DNA of 64,000 bases from Candidatus Zhuqueibacterota bacterium (GTDB taxonomy: Bacteria; Zhuqueibacterota; Zhuqueibacteria; Oceanimicrobiales; Oceanimicrobiaceae), in assembly GCA_029261995.1 (NCBI GenBank), contig JAJDAF010000060.1:21963-85962 (forward strand), read 5' to 3'. This document shows, piece after piece, positions 1 to 11,179 of the stretch. The translations under genes and the position numbers were made by a program. Below the pieces are notes generated by a model. It had not been told where the DNA came from and did no database searches. It saw nothing but the letters and a program-made list of their open reading frames with translations. Each line of letters starts with the position of its first letter. The first letter of the stretch is position 1.

Positions 1-1657
1 TCTGAACCTCTTGTTCAGGTTTTTTTCCGCGCAAGTAACGTTTTAGCTCATCTTCGTTTGAGATTGCTTCTCCATCGAGGTCCAGGATGACATCCTGCCG
101 GTCGAGGCCGGCTTCGTAGAGCGGGCTGCCGACCATGGTCGAACTCTGGAGGGTAACTTTGTTTTCGTTAAATTTCATTCGAGCAGAGCCAAGCCAGGCC
201 GAGTCACCTTTTGCCGGGCGGAGCAAAAAACCGGCAGCGTTCAGCAGGGATTCGTATTCTGCAAGTTCATGTCCGAAGACAAACCTGTCAAAGAAATCAT
301 CCGCAAACGTCGCGGAATCCGAGACCTCGGCGAGAATGGCGCGCAAATCTGCATTTGAATAAGGGGCCTCGTTCACGCCGTGTTTTTGCCAAACGGAGCG
401 CATGAAATCGTCCAGGCTGATGTTCTGGAAGCGTTGGCGCAGGGTAAGGTCGAGCGCCAGCCCGATGGCCGCGCCGAACGGATAGTAGGAGATGTAGATA
501 TTTGTCGTGTTGACCGGATCATTCGAAACGCCGGCATCCACGAATGGCGCCCGCATACTCATTTCGACTGGACTGAAGACTTCCCGTCCGGGCCGGTTGA
601 GCACAGCATTGAGATTTCGGCCCAGAGACTCAGCAAACTTATCGATGCTGATAATCTGGGCCCGTTTCATGACCAGCCAGCCGTAGTAGGTGGTGAAGCC
701 CTCGGCGAACCAGAGCTCGCCCGACATATTGGCCTTTTCGAAATCGAACGGCTCAAGCGTTCGTGGGCGAATCCGCTCCACGTTCCAGGCATGGAAGAAC
801 TCGTGTGAGATGGTGCCGAGATTGCGCACCGCATGTTCTTTCAGGGAGCGCGTGCTGGTGCAGATGGTCGAGTTGCGGTGCTCCATGCCATCGCCGCTGA
901 CGTGCGGCAGGTAGTCGCAAATAAAGGTGTAGGTTGCAGAATCGAAGGCCGGCGCCTGGCCGAAAATCGCAATCTCTTCCTTGACGACCTGCTTGACCAA
1001 GTCAGCATAAGCATCGGTCTCAGATTTCGCGCCGTCGTGATGCAGGGCCAAACGCACGGTTTGATTGTCCGCAATTTGCCATTGTCGCAGTTGGAATGGC
1101 CCAATTTCCGTTGGACTGTCCAAGAAATACTGCAGGTTGGGCGCCCTGAACGTTGCTGCTTTTGGCGTCGGCTCGAGCTGTGTCGCGATCTGCCAGCCTT
1201 CGGGCTGCGCAAACGTGATTTCAATCGGGCGTTCGGTCTGACCTCGGGCCCACATAAAAGTCGCGGGCATGTTGAGGTGAGCATGCGTGTTATCGATCGC
1301 CAGGTAGGTGCCGTCGCAGCGGTCTCCGAAAATGGTGTAACTCACTTTGACCGTGCCGTCGTGGCCGGAGATATTCCACTGGTGCGGGTTCGGTCGCTCG
1401 ATCGCCAGGTTCCGGTCGCGACTGTCCACGGCCTTCACGTCGTAGACATTTTTTGCGAACTCATGCAGCGCATACCGCCCAGGCGAGCTTCTGCTCATTC
1501 GAACCTGCAGCACCTGTTCTGAAACGCCGGTAAACTCAATCGCTACCCGAGCCTCGTGGTGTTCTTTGTTATCGAATGAGATTTGGTAAAAAACAGGGCT
1601 TTGCGCCAGAACCAGAACGGGAAAGAGCAAGACAATGCACAGTGGCATCAGTTTCAT
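1..1657 (-). CDS. M61-family zinc metallopeptidase (glycyl aminopeptidase-like) with C-terminal PDZ domain; 3' end runs off the window
   Basis: Minus-strand ORF absent from the track because it has no stop inside the window. The ATG at 1657 is preceded by GGAGG and encodes a signal peptide (MKLMPLCIVLLFPVLVLAQS). Hand translation gives an HEFFHAWN zinc motif (complement of about 805-830) and a PDZ-like GSPLYEAGLDRQDVILDLDGEAI near coordinates 1-130. The plus-strand ORFs 380..808 and 833..1522 are antisense artefacts. Confidence 0.6.
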   Translation of the reverse strand, partial: MKLMPLCIVLLFPVLVLAQSPVFYQISFDNKEHHEARVAIEFTGVSEQVLQVRMSRSSPGRYALHEFAKNVYDVKAVDSRDRNLAIERPNPHQWNISGHDGTVKVSYTIFGDRCDGTYLAIDNTHAHLNMPATFMWARGQTERPIEITFAQPEGWQIATQLEPTPKAATFRAPNLQYFLDSPTEIGPFQLRQWQIADNQTVRLALHHDGAKSETDAYADLVKQVVKEEIAIFGQAPAFDSATYTFICDYLPHVSGDGMEHRNSTICTSTRSLKEHAVRNLGTISHEFFHAWNVERIRPRTLEPFDFEKANMSGELWFAEGFTTYYGWLVMKRAQIISIDKFAESLGRNLNAVLNRPGREVFSPVEMSMRAPFVDAGVSNDPVNTTNIYISYYPFGAAIGLALDLTLRQRFQNISLDDFMRSVWQKHGVNEAPYSNADLRAILAEVSDSATFADDFFDRFVFGHELAEYESLLNAAGFLLRPAKGDSAWLGSARMKFNENKVTLQSSTMVGSPLYEAGLDRQDVILDLDGEAISNEDELKRYLRGKKPEQEVQ

Positions 1658-1871
1658 ACAACCTCCAAAGATGAGTGTTCGAATCGCAACCATGTCGAGC
1701 AAATGGAATTCGGAGTAGGACTTTCTGCTCGAGGTGGCGTAGCCAGGAAAAACTCGCAGCCGGAAGCGTCAATATAAAAAGAATTCCGCCACCAGCCAAG
1801 TCCATTTTATTCGTTGCGCAATATGCAGGAAATTGCAATCTTGGTAATCATACACCTAGACAGGAGAAACG

Positions 1872-3362
1872 ATGCCCAAATATGTGCTTGCCCTCGACCA
1901 GGGCACAACCAGTTCACGAGCGATCTTGTTTGACCGTGCGGGAGCGGCGTGCGCACTTGCGCAAAAGGAGTTTAGGCAGCATTTCCCTCAGCCCGGTTGG
2001 GTTGAGCACGACGCCAACGAAATCTGGCAGACTCAGCTCGAAGTGGCGCGGCAGGCCCTGGCATCGGCGGGTACTACTGCTGCTGAGGTGGCGGCAATTG
2101 GCATCACCAACCAACGCGAAACCACCGTGGTCTGGGACCGTCGCACCGGTGCGCCAATTCACCGGGCCATTGTCTGGCAAGACCGTCGCACGACCCACCT
2201 CTGCGACGCGCTCAAGTCGAGCGGCCATGATCAGTCAATCCGTGACAAAACCGGCCTGGTGCTCGACGCCTATTTTTCCGCCACCAAACTGAACTGGCTG
2301 CTCGATAATGTGGAGGGCGCCCGCGAAAAAGTTCTGGCCGGTGACCTGGTATTTGGCACCATCGATTGCTGGCTGATTTGGAATCTGACCGGCGGCGCCA
2401 GCCATGTGACGGACATCAGCAACGCCAGCCGCACCATGCTCTTCAATATTCACACCTGCGAGTGGGACGAAGAGTTGCTGTCGCTCTTGGATATTCCGCG
2501 GTCGGTTTTACCCGAAGTCCAGGGGAACAGTGGAATTTTCGGTGAAACCGACCCGGCCCTCCTGAACGGTGCTATCCCGGTTGCCGGCGTTGCCGGTGAC
2601 CAGCAAGCGGCGCTTTTCGGTCAGATGTGTACCGACCCGGGAACATTGAAAAACACCTACGGCACCGGCTGTTTCATGATGCTGAACACCGGCTCGGAGC
2701 CAAAGCCGTCCGCCAACAATTTGCTGACCACCATCGCCTGGAAGATTGGCGACCAGGTAAGTTATGCGCTGGAAGGCAGCGTCTTTATCGGCGGAGCAGT
2801 CGTGCAATGGCTGCGCGACGGCCTCGGCCTGATCAAGTCTTCGTCGGATGTTGAGACGCTGGCGAATTCGGTAGAAGACAACGGCGGCGTCTACCTGGTG
2901 CCGGCATTCGCCGGTCTCGGCGCACCACACTGGGACCCGCTGGCACGCGGCACGATGGTGGGATTGACCCGCGGTTCCACCGCCGGCCATGTTGCACGGG
3001 CTGCCTTGGAGAGCATCGCCTTTCAGAGCGCCGACGTCATGCAGGCGATGAGAGCGGATGCCGGAATCGAGATTGCCGAGCTGCGTGTTGATGGCGGCGC
3101 CACAGCGAACGACACCCTCATGCAGTTTCAAGCAGATGTGCTCGGTCTGCCGATCATCCGCCCGCATGTGACCGAGACCACGGCACTTGGCGCCGCATAT
3201 CTGGCGGGGCTCGCGGTCGGGTTCTGGCCGGACGTTGCCACCCTGCGCCGCCAGTGGCAGACTGAGCGCGTATTCAAACCCAAAATGCAGGCTGACCGGG
3301 TTCAGGCCCTGAAGCACAACTGGCAGAGGGCGCTCGATCGCAGCCGTAGCTGGCTGGAGTGA
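1872..3362 (+). CDS. glpK: glycerol kinase
   Basis: 496 aa. N-terminal [18 protein letters not shown] (FGGY kinase motif), [14 protein letters not shown] and the C-terminal FGGY domain. RBS GGAGAAA upstream. Confidence 0.9.
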   Translation: MPKYVLALDQGTTSSRAILFDRAGAACALAQKEFRQHFPQPGWVEHDANEIWQTQLEVARQALASAGTTAAEVAAIGITNQRETTVVWDRRTGAPIHRAIVWQDRRTTHLCDALKSSGHDQSIRDKTGLVLDAYFSATKLNWLLDNVEGAREKVLAGDLVFGTIDCWLIWNLTGGASHVTDISNASRTMLFNIHTCEWDEELLSLLDIPRSVLPEVQGNSGIFGETDPALLNGAIPVAGVAGDQQAALFGQMCTDPGTLKNTYGTGCFMMLNTGSEPKPSANNLLTTIAWKIGDQVSYALEGSVFIGGAVVQWLRDGLGLIKSSSDVETLANSVEDNGGVYLVPAFAGLGAPHWDPLARGTMVGLTRGSTAGHVARAALESIAFQSADVMQAMRADAGIEIAELRVDGGATANDTLMQFQADVLGLPIIRPHVTETTALGAAYLAGLAVGFWPDVATLRRQWQTERVFKPKMQADRVQALKHNWQRALDRSRSWLE

Positions 3363-3452
3363 GTTACAGGTTTGCAGTCTTGATTCTACATCGAACCAGG
3401 CCACCGCAACTCTGGCCTGGAAATGAGCACTTGAATTCCTAAACAAAACGCT

Positions 3453-5030
3453 TTGAGGGCGAGAAAGATCATGGACCGAGAAAGCATGCTCAACACCCTT
3501 CGCGACCAGTCCACGATTTGCGATTTTATCGTGATTGGCGGCGGCGCCACGGGCTTGGGCACCGCAGTTGAAGCCGCCTCGCGGGGCTACCGTACGCTGT
3601 TGCTTGAACAGCATGATTTTGCTAAAGGCACTTCCAGTCGCAGCACCAAGCTCATCCATGGCGGTGTCCGCTATTTGCAGCAGGGCAATATTTCGCTGGT
3701 GTTGGAAGCGCTGCACGAACGCGGCCTGCTGATTAATAATGCGCCGCACCTGGTTCGGAACCAGGCGTTTATCGTGCCCAATTATGACTGGTGGGAAGCC
3801 CCGTTCTACGGCATCGGCATGAAAGTCTATGACATCCTTGCCGGCAAGCTCGGACTCGGACCATCGAAAAATCTTTCGAAGCAAGAGACTCTGGAACGTA
3901 TTCCGACCCTGGAGCCGGAGGGGCTGCGCGGCGGCGTTATTTATTACGATGGCCAGTTCGATGACGCCCGGCTGGCAGTCAACCTGGCACAGACGCTGAT
4001 GGACCTGGGGGGCACGCCGCTCAACTACATCAAAGTCACTGGCCTGCTGAAGGAGAAAGGCATGACCAATGGTGTGGTGGCGGTTGAGCAAGAAACCGGC
4101 GAACAGTTTGAAATCCGCAGCCAGGTGGTGGTGAATGCAACCGGCGTGTTTACCGATGGCATTCGGCGGCTGGATGATCCTGCCGCGCACGAACTGGTGG
4201 CCCCGAGTCAGGGCGTCCACATCATTCTGGACAAAGCTTTTTTGCCCGGAGATTCCGCCGTGATGGTGCCGCACACCGATGACGGCCGTGTCCTGTTTGC
4301 TGTTCCGTGGCATAATCGGGTCATCGTCGGGACCACAGACACGCCGGTGGACAAGCCTGAACTCGAGCCGCGCGCCCTGCCCGAAGAGGTCGACTTCATC
4401 CTGAAGCACGCAGCGCAGTACCTCACCCACGACCCGACTCCGGATGATGTTCTGAGCGTTTTTGCCGGGCTGCGGCCGCTGGTGAAAGCGGAGGACAGCG
4501 AAAACACGGCGGCGCTATCGAGAGACCATTCGCTCATCGTCTCCGGTTCCGGGCTGGTGACCATCGCCGGTGGCAAGTGGACCACCTACCGCAAGATGGG
4601 CCAGGACACGGTGGACCGCGCCGCCATGGTGGCCTGCCTGGATGAGCGCAAAAGTCTTACCGAAACCATGAACATTCACGGCTGGCGCGCCAACGTCGAT
4701 GAAAGCGATCCGTTGCGTTTCTATGGCACCGATGCCGATGCCATTCGCAAACTCCCGCTTGAGGACAGCGATCTCGCCGCACAGCTTGACCCGCGGCTGC
4801 CCTACACACAGGCCGAGGTGGTCTGGGCCGCGCGCAGCGAAATGGCGCGCACGGTTGAAGATGTGCTCGCCCGCCGCACCCGTGCCCTGCTGCTCGACGC
4901 GCGCGCCAGCATCGACGCCGCGCCGCTGGTGGCCGAGTTGCTGGCGGCTGAATTGGACAAAGACGAGCAATGGGAGCAGGCTCAGGTTGCTGCCTTCCAA
5001 AAGGTAGCCGCAGGTTACTTGCTGAGCTAG
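3453..5030 (+). CDS. glpD: FAD-dependent glycerol-3-phosphate dehydrogenase
   Basis: 525 aa. N-terminal DFIVIGGGATGLGTAVEAASRG dinucleotide-binding motif. Sits directly downstream of glpK. The true start may be the internal M at 3471. Confidence 0.85.
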   Translation: MRARKIMDRESMLNTLRDQSTICDFIVIGGGATGLGTAVEAASRGYRTLLLEQHDFAKGTSSRSTKLIHGGVRYLQQGNISLVLEALHERGLLINNAPHLVRNQAFIVPNYDWWEAPFYGIGMKVYDILAGKLGLGPSKNLSKQETLERIPTLEPEGLRGGVIYYDGQFDDARLAVNLAQTLMDLGGTPLNYIKVTGLLKEKGMTNGVVAVEQETGEQFEIRSQVVVNATGVFTDGIRRLDDPAAHELVAPSQGVHIILDKAFLPGDSAVMVPHTDDGRVLFAVPWHNRVIVGTTDTPVDKPELEPRALPEEVDFILKHAAQYLTHDPTPDDVLSVFAGLRPLVKAEDSENTAALSRDHSLIVSGSGLVTIAGGKWTTYRKMGQDTVDRAAMVACLDERKSLTETMNIHGWRANVDESDPLRFYGTDADAIRKLPLEDSDLAAQLDPRLPYTQAEVVWAARSEMARTVEDVLARRTRALLLDARASIDAAPLVAELLAAELDKDEQWEQAQVAAFQKVAAGYLLS

Positions 5031-5052
5031 TGTGATGATTTCCAAATAAGCG

Positions 5053-5120
5053 AACTCTGACAGGGTTTGCTGTTAACCGTTTCAGACATAAAAAAAGGGT
5101 CGAAACCCTGTCAGAGTTTT
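5053..5120. terminator. hairpin between convergent glpD and the cytochrome c gene
   Basis: Inverted repeat AACTCTGACAGGGTTT ... AAACCCTGTCAGAGTT followed by TTTT. Confidence 0.5.
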
Positions 5121-5153
5121 GTTCGGAAAATTAGAAATCGTGACACTAGCAGA

Positions 5154-6518
5154 TCACAGTTTGGTTGCTTGCACTCGAATGCTCTGTTCGAACGCTTCCA
5201 TGTCAAAGATGAGCAGCTCAGAAATCAGATCTTCGCGGCCAATTTCCCGAAATACGTAAGGAGGAAATGATCGAAATCGCAGCCGGACGCTGAGTGTAAG
5301 CTCACGCGTTCCAACGGGCGCTGACATCGTGAACTCTGATCTCCTGGACTCCAACGCAGGGATAGTGTTGTTCTCAACTGAAGCGGCTTCCCAGAAAAAC
5401 AGGGTTTCCCTGCCAGTTGCATCGATCGTTTTGCCGTTGTATAGAACCAGGGAACTGTCCTCAGAGATGTGTCCGGCTGCGACAAAATCGCTATGATAAT
5501 TACGAAGGTCGCCATTGTCATCCAGGAGTCCCGTGCTGAAATACGATGCGCCCGTAGCGTGGTCTGTAAGGTTCACTTCAAGCCACATCTGCCGTTCGAA
5601 GATGGCGCCGGTGGGCAGATTGTGACCTGCCTGGCTGTTATTTATCGTCACGCTTACCGTGAATATCTTGCTGGGCTCGACTTGCATCGGCGCCTCAACC
5701 GTCATCTCTGCTGAATTCTGGAGCAACTGCTGCACGCTGGCAATCGTCTCCTCTCTGCCGGGAAAATCTACCAGTGGATAATCAACTCCGACAAATGTAT
5801 GTTTGTGCAGGTTGTCGCGCACAGGTCCGGTTGTAGCGGCTTTGCCGGAATAAGTCGGCATGTGGCAAGTCTGGCATTCAATCCCGGGTAGTACATAAGA
5901 GCTTAAGGACCACTCGAGATTGGTGGTTTCAATATCAAAGGATTTGTCCGGAGATTTTACCTGGTGGCATGTGCTACAAAAATGCGAATCCTTGTACCGG
6001 CCGCTAAACTCCGATTCGTGAAAAGCATTTGCTACCGGGTCAGCGATTGGGCCTCTCCGGATGCCATCGACATGAAACGAAGTCCCTCCCTCACCTCTTT
6101 TGATATCGCCGAGCGTGTGACAGACATCACAACTGATGCCTGCGCCGGCTAAGGGTGTGAGATTCTCAAAGCGGAACCCCGGCTTCGTTTCTCCCATCAA
6201 GGAGCCGAACGGTGTGTGGCACTTCATGCAAAACTGGTCAAGCTCGTGGTTGGTGCGCTCCTGGCCAATCTTGCTGAGCGTTTGAAAAATCGGATCCGTT
6301 ATGGCGTAAGCGTGCATGGATTGCTGCCACTCAGCGTAGTGATTGGGGTGGCAACTGCCGCAGACAGCCGGATCAGATACATTGTCGCGAATCAACTGCG
6401 CCTGCTCTTGCGTCTCGTCCTGATTGGAATTGTTGACGTCGTGCTCGCAAGCAGTGCTGAGAAAGATTGATGATAGGATTAGTGCTGTGAGAAACGTTTC
6501 TGCTGATTTTTTCATGTG
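5154..6518 (-). CDS. penta-heme c-type cytochrome, secreted
   Basis: Five CxxCH motifs (CGSCH, CMKCH, CDVCH, CSTCH, CQTCH). N-terminal signal/TM MKKSAETFLTALILSSIFLSTA. The ORF extends to 6602, but the signal-peptide Met is at about 6518. Confidence 0.7.
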   Translation of the reverse strand, partial: HMKKSAETFLTALILSSIFLSTACEHDVNNSNQDETQEQAQLIRDNVSDPAVCGSCHPNHYAEWQQSMHAYAITDPIFQTLSKIGQERTNHELDQFCMKCHTPFGSLMGETKPGFRFENLTPLAGAGISCDVCHTLGDIKRGEGGTSFHVDGIRRGPIADPVANAFHESEFSGRYKDSHFCSTCHQVKSPDKSFDIETTNLEWSLSSYVLPGIECQTCHMPTYSGKAATTGPVRDNLHKHTFVGVDYPLVDFPGREETIASVQQLLQNSAEMTVEAPMQVEPSKIFTVSVTINNSQAGHNLPTGAIFERQMWLEVNLTDHATGASYFSTGLLDDNGDLRNYHSDFVAAGHISEDSSLVLYNGKTIDATGRETLFFWEAASVENNTIPALESRRSEFTMSAPVGTRELTLSVRLRFRSFPPYVFREIGREDLISELLIFDMEAFEQSIRVQATKL

Positions 6519-6931
6519 TGGCCCCCGTTGTTTTTTCATCGATGTGGTGTTGATAACCGCAAATGCTATGCCGGACTGGCTTCTGGTAAAAACCGTTTGC
6601 AAGAGCGATTGCTTTGAGGCTAAACAGATTTGTTTGTCCTAAACTTATCTTCATACCAATTTGGGATGTTGTCTCTTGAAAGGACATTTGTTCAGGAACG
6701 TATTACGTAGTCGAAACACGTCTACGCACGCGCAATTTCCTTGAAACCCCTCTGCTTCCGTCCACGCACTACCGTGAACGACCCCGTTGTCATCTGATGT
6801 TGGCTTCTGAACAGAATTCTTGACAATCCCGTGATTTTTCCGTTTGTTTGGACGCTCCACAGTGCTCTTCACCTAGTGGCGTCAAGGAAATAAGGTCGGG
6901 GGAGTTCAAAGTAATCCGTGGATGAATACCT

Positions 6932-7900
6932 ATGAAAGCGATTGTATATCAAGAATATGGGTCCCCTGATGTTCTTGAATTAGAACAGGTAGAAAAGCCG
7001 ACTCCCAAGGACAATGAAGTCTTGATAGAAGTTCATGCAACGTCCGTAAATGCATCTGACTGGGAACTCCTGAGAGGTAAGCCGCTCTATGCCCGCCTGG
7101 GCGGACTTCACAAGATACTTGGGTCTGACATAGCGGGACGGGTTGAGGCGGTTGGCGGAAACGTCAAGCAGTTTCAGCCAGGCGATGAGGTATTCGGTGA
7201 CATTTTCGGGTGTTGGGGCGGTTTTGCCGAGTATGTATGTGCTCCTGAAAATGCATTGGTGCTGAAACCTGCCAGTATGGCATTCGAGCAAGTGGCGGCG
7301 ATACCGCAAGCGGCGGTGCTCGCCCTGCAGGGGCTTCGCGATAAAGGACAGATTCAACCAGGGCAAAAGGTTCTCATCAATGGTGCGGGTGGTGGTGCGG
7401 GAACGTTTGCGGTGCAGATGGCCAAAATGTTCGGAGCTGAAGTGACCGGCGTGGACAGCACGAGTAAACTCGACATGATGCGCTCGATTGGTGCAGACCT
7501 GGTCATTGATTACACGCAGGAAGATTTCACTCAAAATGGGCACGAGTATGATTTGATTCTTGATCTTGTAGCATCTCATTCGATTTTCGATTACACACGT
7601 GCCTTAAATCCCAGGGGAAGGTATGTCATGGTCGGCGGCGCGATGCTTCATATATTTCAAACGCTGTTCCTGGGAACATGGATTTCAATGACCGGGGATA
7701 AGAAAATGGGTATTCTGGGACTTAAACAGAACAAAAAGGATCTAAATTTCATACTAGAGCTTTATGAAGCCGGCAAAGTAGCACCTGTTATAGATAGATG
7801 TTACCCCTTAAGTGAGGTTCCTGAAGCTCTCCGGTTTCTTGGTGAAGGACACGCCAAAGGCAAAGTAGTCATAACTGTGGAACATAACGAAAGAACCTGA
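6932..7900 (+). CDS. Zn-dependent alcohol dehydrogenase / quinone oxidoreductase (MDR superfamily)
   Basis: 322 aa. N-terminal GroES-like domain and a Rossmann GAGGGAGTFAVQMAK NAD(P)-binding motif. Confidence 0.8.
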   Translation: MKAIVYQEYGSPDVLELEQVEKPTPKDNEVLIEVHATSVNASDWELLRGKPLYARLGGLHKILGSDIAGRVEAVGGNVKQFQPGDEVFGDIFGCWGGFAEYVCAPENALVLKPASMAFEQVAAIPQAAVLALQGLRDKGQIQPGQKVLINGAGGGAGTFAVQMAKMFGAEVTGVDSTSKLDMMRSIGADLVIDYTQEDFTQNGHEYDLILDLVASHSIFDYTRALNPRGRYVMVGGAMLHIFQTLFLGTWISMTGDKKMGILGLKQNKKDLNFILELYEAGKVAPVIDRCYPLSEVPEALRFLGEGHAKGKVVITVEHNERT

Positions 7901-8002
7901 GAAAGCACTGCAGTTGATGACAGGGAGCTGATGTTCTTATTAGTGTCTACAAACTCATCAAGGATGTTAGGGAACTTTTTTGCTACGATGTGTAAAAAAT
8001 AT

Positions 8003-8031
8003 TTGACATTGTGTCTACTTTATGTTACTAT
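8003..8031 (+). promoter_or_regulatory. candidate sigma70-like promoter
   Basis: TTGACA (8003-8008), then 17 nt, then TACTAT (8026-8031). It sits upstream of the membrane-protein/XRE pair. Confidence 0.35.
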
Positions 8032-8060
8032 ATGTTCGTCAGGACTTACCAAAAGTAAAC

Positions 8061-8531
8061 ATGAACGGACAATATGAGGAAGACATGTCCTATCAAGAAA
8101 AAAGCATTTACGGATCCTTAATGAGCGCCATAATAATGCTTGCGCTCTATGGTTTTTACATGATTGAAATGTATCAGGAAGGGCGCTTCGATGGCGTAGA
8201 TGCCAGCAGCCTGGTGGGTAAGAGCGTTTTTGTGCTGATCGGTGTAAGTATTGTAGTTAGCATCATCGTACAGGTCGTATTCAGCATCATCCATTCAATA
8301 GCAACGAAAGAATACGAACACCCCATTTCTGATGAGCGCGACAAGCTGATTGAACTCAAGGGAATGCAGGTTTCTCTTGTGGCATTCAGTATCGGATTTG
8401 TTGGTTCAATGGGCGCATTGGCCATGGGAATGGCACCTTATATGGTCTTCTGCCTAATTACTTCCTCCATGTTTGTTGGATGTGTCGTGGGCGACACTGC
8501 AAAGCTCTTCTTCTATCATAGAGGGATCTGA
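8061..8531 (+). CDS. small polytopic membrane protein
   Basis: Hydrophobic helices throughout. Start uncertain: the ORF opens at 8022 inside the putative promoter, and I chose the M at 8061. Its stop is 1 nt before the XRE gene. Confidence 0.45.
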   Translation: MNGQYEEDMSYQEKSIYGSLMSAIIMLALYGFYMIEMYQEGRFDGVDASSLVGKSVFVLIGVSIVVSIIVQVVFSIIHSIATKEYEHPISDERDKLIELKGMQVSLVAFSIGFVGSMGALAMGMAPYMVFCLITSSMFVGCVVGDTAKLFFYHRGI

Positions 8532-8532
8532 A

Positions 8533-8772
8533 ATGAGCAAACGCCGTGTTAGCAATAACATTCGGAAATTACGCTTTCACCATGATGAAATGACACAACA
8601 ACAATTGGCTGAAAAAGTGGGGGTAACACGACAAACAATCATAGCTATGGAAAAAGGCAAATACTCCCCTTCTCTGGAATTGGCTTTTCGCATTGCTCGC
8701 GTCTTCAACTCACCGTTGGAAGATGTGTTCTCTTACGAGCCCGAGCCCAAAGATGGTCAGCGAACGCACTAA
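8533..8772 (+). CDS. XRE-family helix-turn-helix transcriptional regulator
   Basis: [58 protein letters not shown] is a classic Cro/C1 HTH. Confidence 0.8.
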   Translation: MSKRRVSNNIRKLRFHHDEMTQQQLAEKVGVTRQTIIAMEKGKYSPSLELAFRIARVFNSPLEDVFSYEPEPKDGQRTH

Positions 8773-8976
8773 GGCCGGCTTGGAACGAGCCAAAGCCAAT
8801 AGACGGAAAGAAAATGCAATAATGATGTAACAACGGACATTATTGACATGTATAACCAATCTTTCTCCCTGACACTTTCAACTCTCGGTCCAAATATACA
8901 GGTAAACTCAACCGTCAGTCAACAATGTTGTATAGCATCATGAACCTAAATTTCAAAATATGCGGAGGATTCGAAA

Positions 8977-10743
8977 ATGTTAAATAGAAGGAAACAAGTG
9001 GGAGAGCCTGTTCTGACCAACGCGCAGACCGACGAACCGAGTCAGCAGAAGCCGCTGCGGCTGTGGCCCGGCGTGGTCATCGTGGCGCTGCAGTGGCTGG
9101 CCAGGTTTGTCGTCCCTATTTTAGTGCCTGATGTTTTTCAGTATGCGGTGATGGTGGGCGTTTTCGGTGGTGGGTTGGCTATCATTGTATGGTGGGCGTT
9201 CTTCAGCCGTGCACATTGGTCCGAGCGTTGGGGCGCCGTCGTCCTGATGATAGTCGCGCTGGTCGCGACACCGCTCATCCTCCATGAGTCGATTGCAACG
9301 GGGGCGATGGGTATGCTGTTCATCATCCTCGCCATCCCGGTCCTGGACCTCGCCTTCGTCGTCTGGGCGGTGGTCAGCCGTCACCTCCCTGACGGACTTC
9401 GGCGCGCGACACTGGTTGCGACAATCCTGCTCGCGTGCGCAGGATGGGCGCTCGTCCAGACCGGTGGCTTTGGCGGCAATCTCGATAACGATTTTTCTTG
9501 GCGCTGGGCTGAGACTCCTGAGGAGCAGCTCCTGGCCCAAACCGGTGACGAGCCGATGGTCAGGCCTTCGACTCCTGCGGCAATGGAGACAGAGGCCGAC
9601 TGGCCCGGCTTTCTCGGACCCAATCGTGACGGCGTCATCCGTGGCGTGCGCATCGAGACCGACTGGTCCGCGTCGCCGCCGGTCGAGTTGTGGCGCCGGC
9701 CGATCGGGCCGGGCTGGTCGTCCTTCGCGGTCCGCGGCGACCTGCTCTACACCCAGGAGCAGCGCGGTGATGACGAGGTCGTCGCCTGCTATAAGGTATC
9801 CACCGGCGAGCCGGTGTGGAGACATAGCGACGCGGCCCGGTTCTGGGAGTCGAATGCCGGCGCCGGTCCGCGCGGAACCCCGACCCTCAGCAACGGTCGC
9901 GTGTACACATTGGGTGCGACCGGAATCCTGAATGTGCTCGATGCCCGTGACGGCGCTGTCGTGTGGTCGCGCAACGCGGCTTCCTATACCAAGGCAAAGC
10001 TGCCAATCTGGGGCTTCTCAGGCTCGCCGTTGGTGACGGATAGCCTGGTCATCGTCGCCACCTCCAGCGCACTCGTCGCCTACGAACTCGACACCGGCAA
10101 TCCACGCTGGTTCGTGCCGGACAGCGGCGACGGCTACAGCTCGCCACAGCTATTGACGATCGACGGAGTCACGCAGATCCTGCAGCTAAGCGGCGATGGT
10201 CTGACCAGTGTCACGCCGGGCGATGGCACGTTGCTCTGGCAGCACTCCTGGTCCGGCTATCCCATCGTACAGCCAGCCATGACCGCGGATGGCGATCTCC
10301 TGATCAGCGTCAACGCGGAAAGCGGCATGCGCCGTCTCTCGGTGGCACAGGGAGCCGGCGGATGGACCATCGAAGAGCGTTGGACCTCGCGCGGACTAAA
10401 GCCCTATTACAGCGACTTCGCTGTTCATGATGGCCATGCCTTCGGCTTCGACGGCAGTATTCTCGCGTGCATCGACCTCGAGGATGGCAAGCGCAAGTGG
10501 AAGGGCGGACGCTACGGCGCCGGCCAGCTAGTGCTGCTGGCAGACCAAGGCTTGCTGCTGGTGCTGTCGGAGAAGGGTGAACTGGCACTGGTCAATGCGG
10601 CTTCCGACAAGTTCACGGAGTTGGCACGCTTCCCGGCCATCGAGGGCAAAACCTGGAACCACCCGGTGCTGGTCAACGACATCCTGTTGGTTCGCAACGC
10701 CCAGGAGATGGCTGCATTCCGTCTGGCTCTCGCGGGCGGCTGA
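8977..10743 (+). CDS. membrane-anchored PQQ-repeat beta-propeller protein (paralog 1)
   Basis: 588 aa. About 5 N-terminal TM helices, then PQQ/BamB-like propeller repeats (LLYTQEQRGDDEVVACY, GRVYTLGATGILNVLDARDGAVVW, DGHAFGFDGSILACIDLEDGKRKW). Confidence 0.75.
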   Translation: MLNRRKQVGEPVLTNAQTDEPSQQKPLRLWPGVVIVALQWLARFVVPILVPDVFQYAVMVGVFGGGLAIIVWWAFFSRAHWSERWGAVVLMIVALVATPLILHESIATGAMGMLFIILAIPVLDLAFVVWAVVSRHLPDGLRRATLVATILLACAGWALVQTGGFGGNLDNDFSWRWAETPEEQLLAQTGDEPMVRPSTPAAMETEADWPGFLGPNRDGVIRGVRIETDWSASPPVELWRRPIGPGWSSFAVRGDLLYTQEQRGDDEVVACYKVSTGEPVWRHSDAARFWESNAGAGPRGTPTLSNGRVYTLGATGILNVLDARDGAVVWSRNAASYTKAKLPIWGFSGSPLVTDSLVIVATSSALVAYELDTGNPRWFVPDSGDGYSSPQLLTIDGVTQILQLSGDGLTSVTPGDGTLLWQHSWSGYPIVQPAMTADGDLLISVNAESGMRRLSVAQGAGGWTIEERWTSRGLKPYYSDFAVHDGHAFGFDGSILACIDLEDGKRKWKGGRYGAGQLVLLADQGLLLVLSEKGELALVNAASDKFTELARFPAIEGKTWNHPVLVNDILLVRNAQEMAAFRLALAGG

Positions 10744-10756
10744 CGGAAGTTGCTTT

Positions 10757-10797
10757 CGCGGCCTTGACATGATAATTGTTATTATGTCAAGGCCGCG
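10757..10797. terminator. 19-bp imperfect inverted repeat (hairpin) downstream of paralog 1
   Basis: CGCGGCCTTGACATGATAA ttg TTATTATGTCAAGGCCGCG, with one mismatch. Confidence 0.45.
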
Positions 10798-11179
10798 TAG
10801 GCTCATAGCCGGCTCATGAGTGTCCGGTAAAAGCAGAACAAGGTTGAGAGAAGTTATTGGAAAACAAGAGCCCGGCGCTCTCTCAGCTAACACCAGGACT
10901 TGTTTTCTGGTTGAGGATATGGTGGTCAGTTCCTCCCTTTGGCCAAAGGGAGGACAGGATGGATTCGTTTGCAATGGCAATATGCGTGACCTCAAATCCT
11001 CCCTGTCCCTGCTTTGCGAAAGGAGGAGACTGTCGCATAACAGACTCTATGCAATCTACGAAATCATGAACCGGACACTCATGGTCCGACCTAAAAACGG
11101 GCGGCTACATTCAGTCGTCAGGCAACATGTTACCTGGGTACCATGAACCCAAGATTCAAAGTCGGAGGAGGAAAAGACA

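Noticed and set aside
380-1522. Plus-strand ORFs 380..808 and 833..1522
   Set aside because: They are antisense to a continuous minus-strand gene (M61 peptidase, 1..1657) that has a signal peptide, RBS and HExxH motif. The track omits that gene only because it has no stop codon inside the window.
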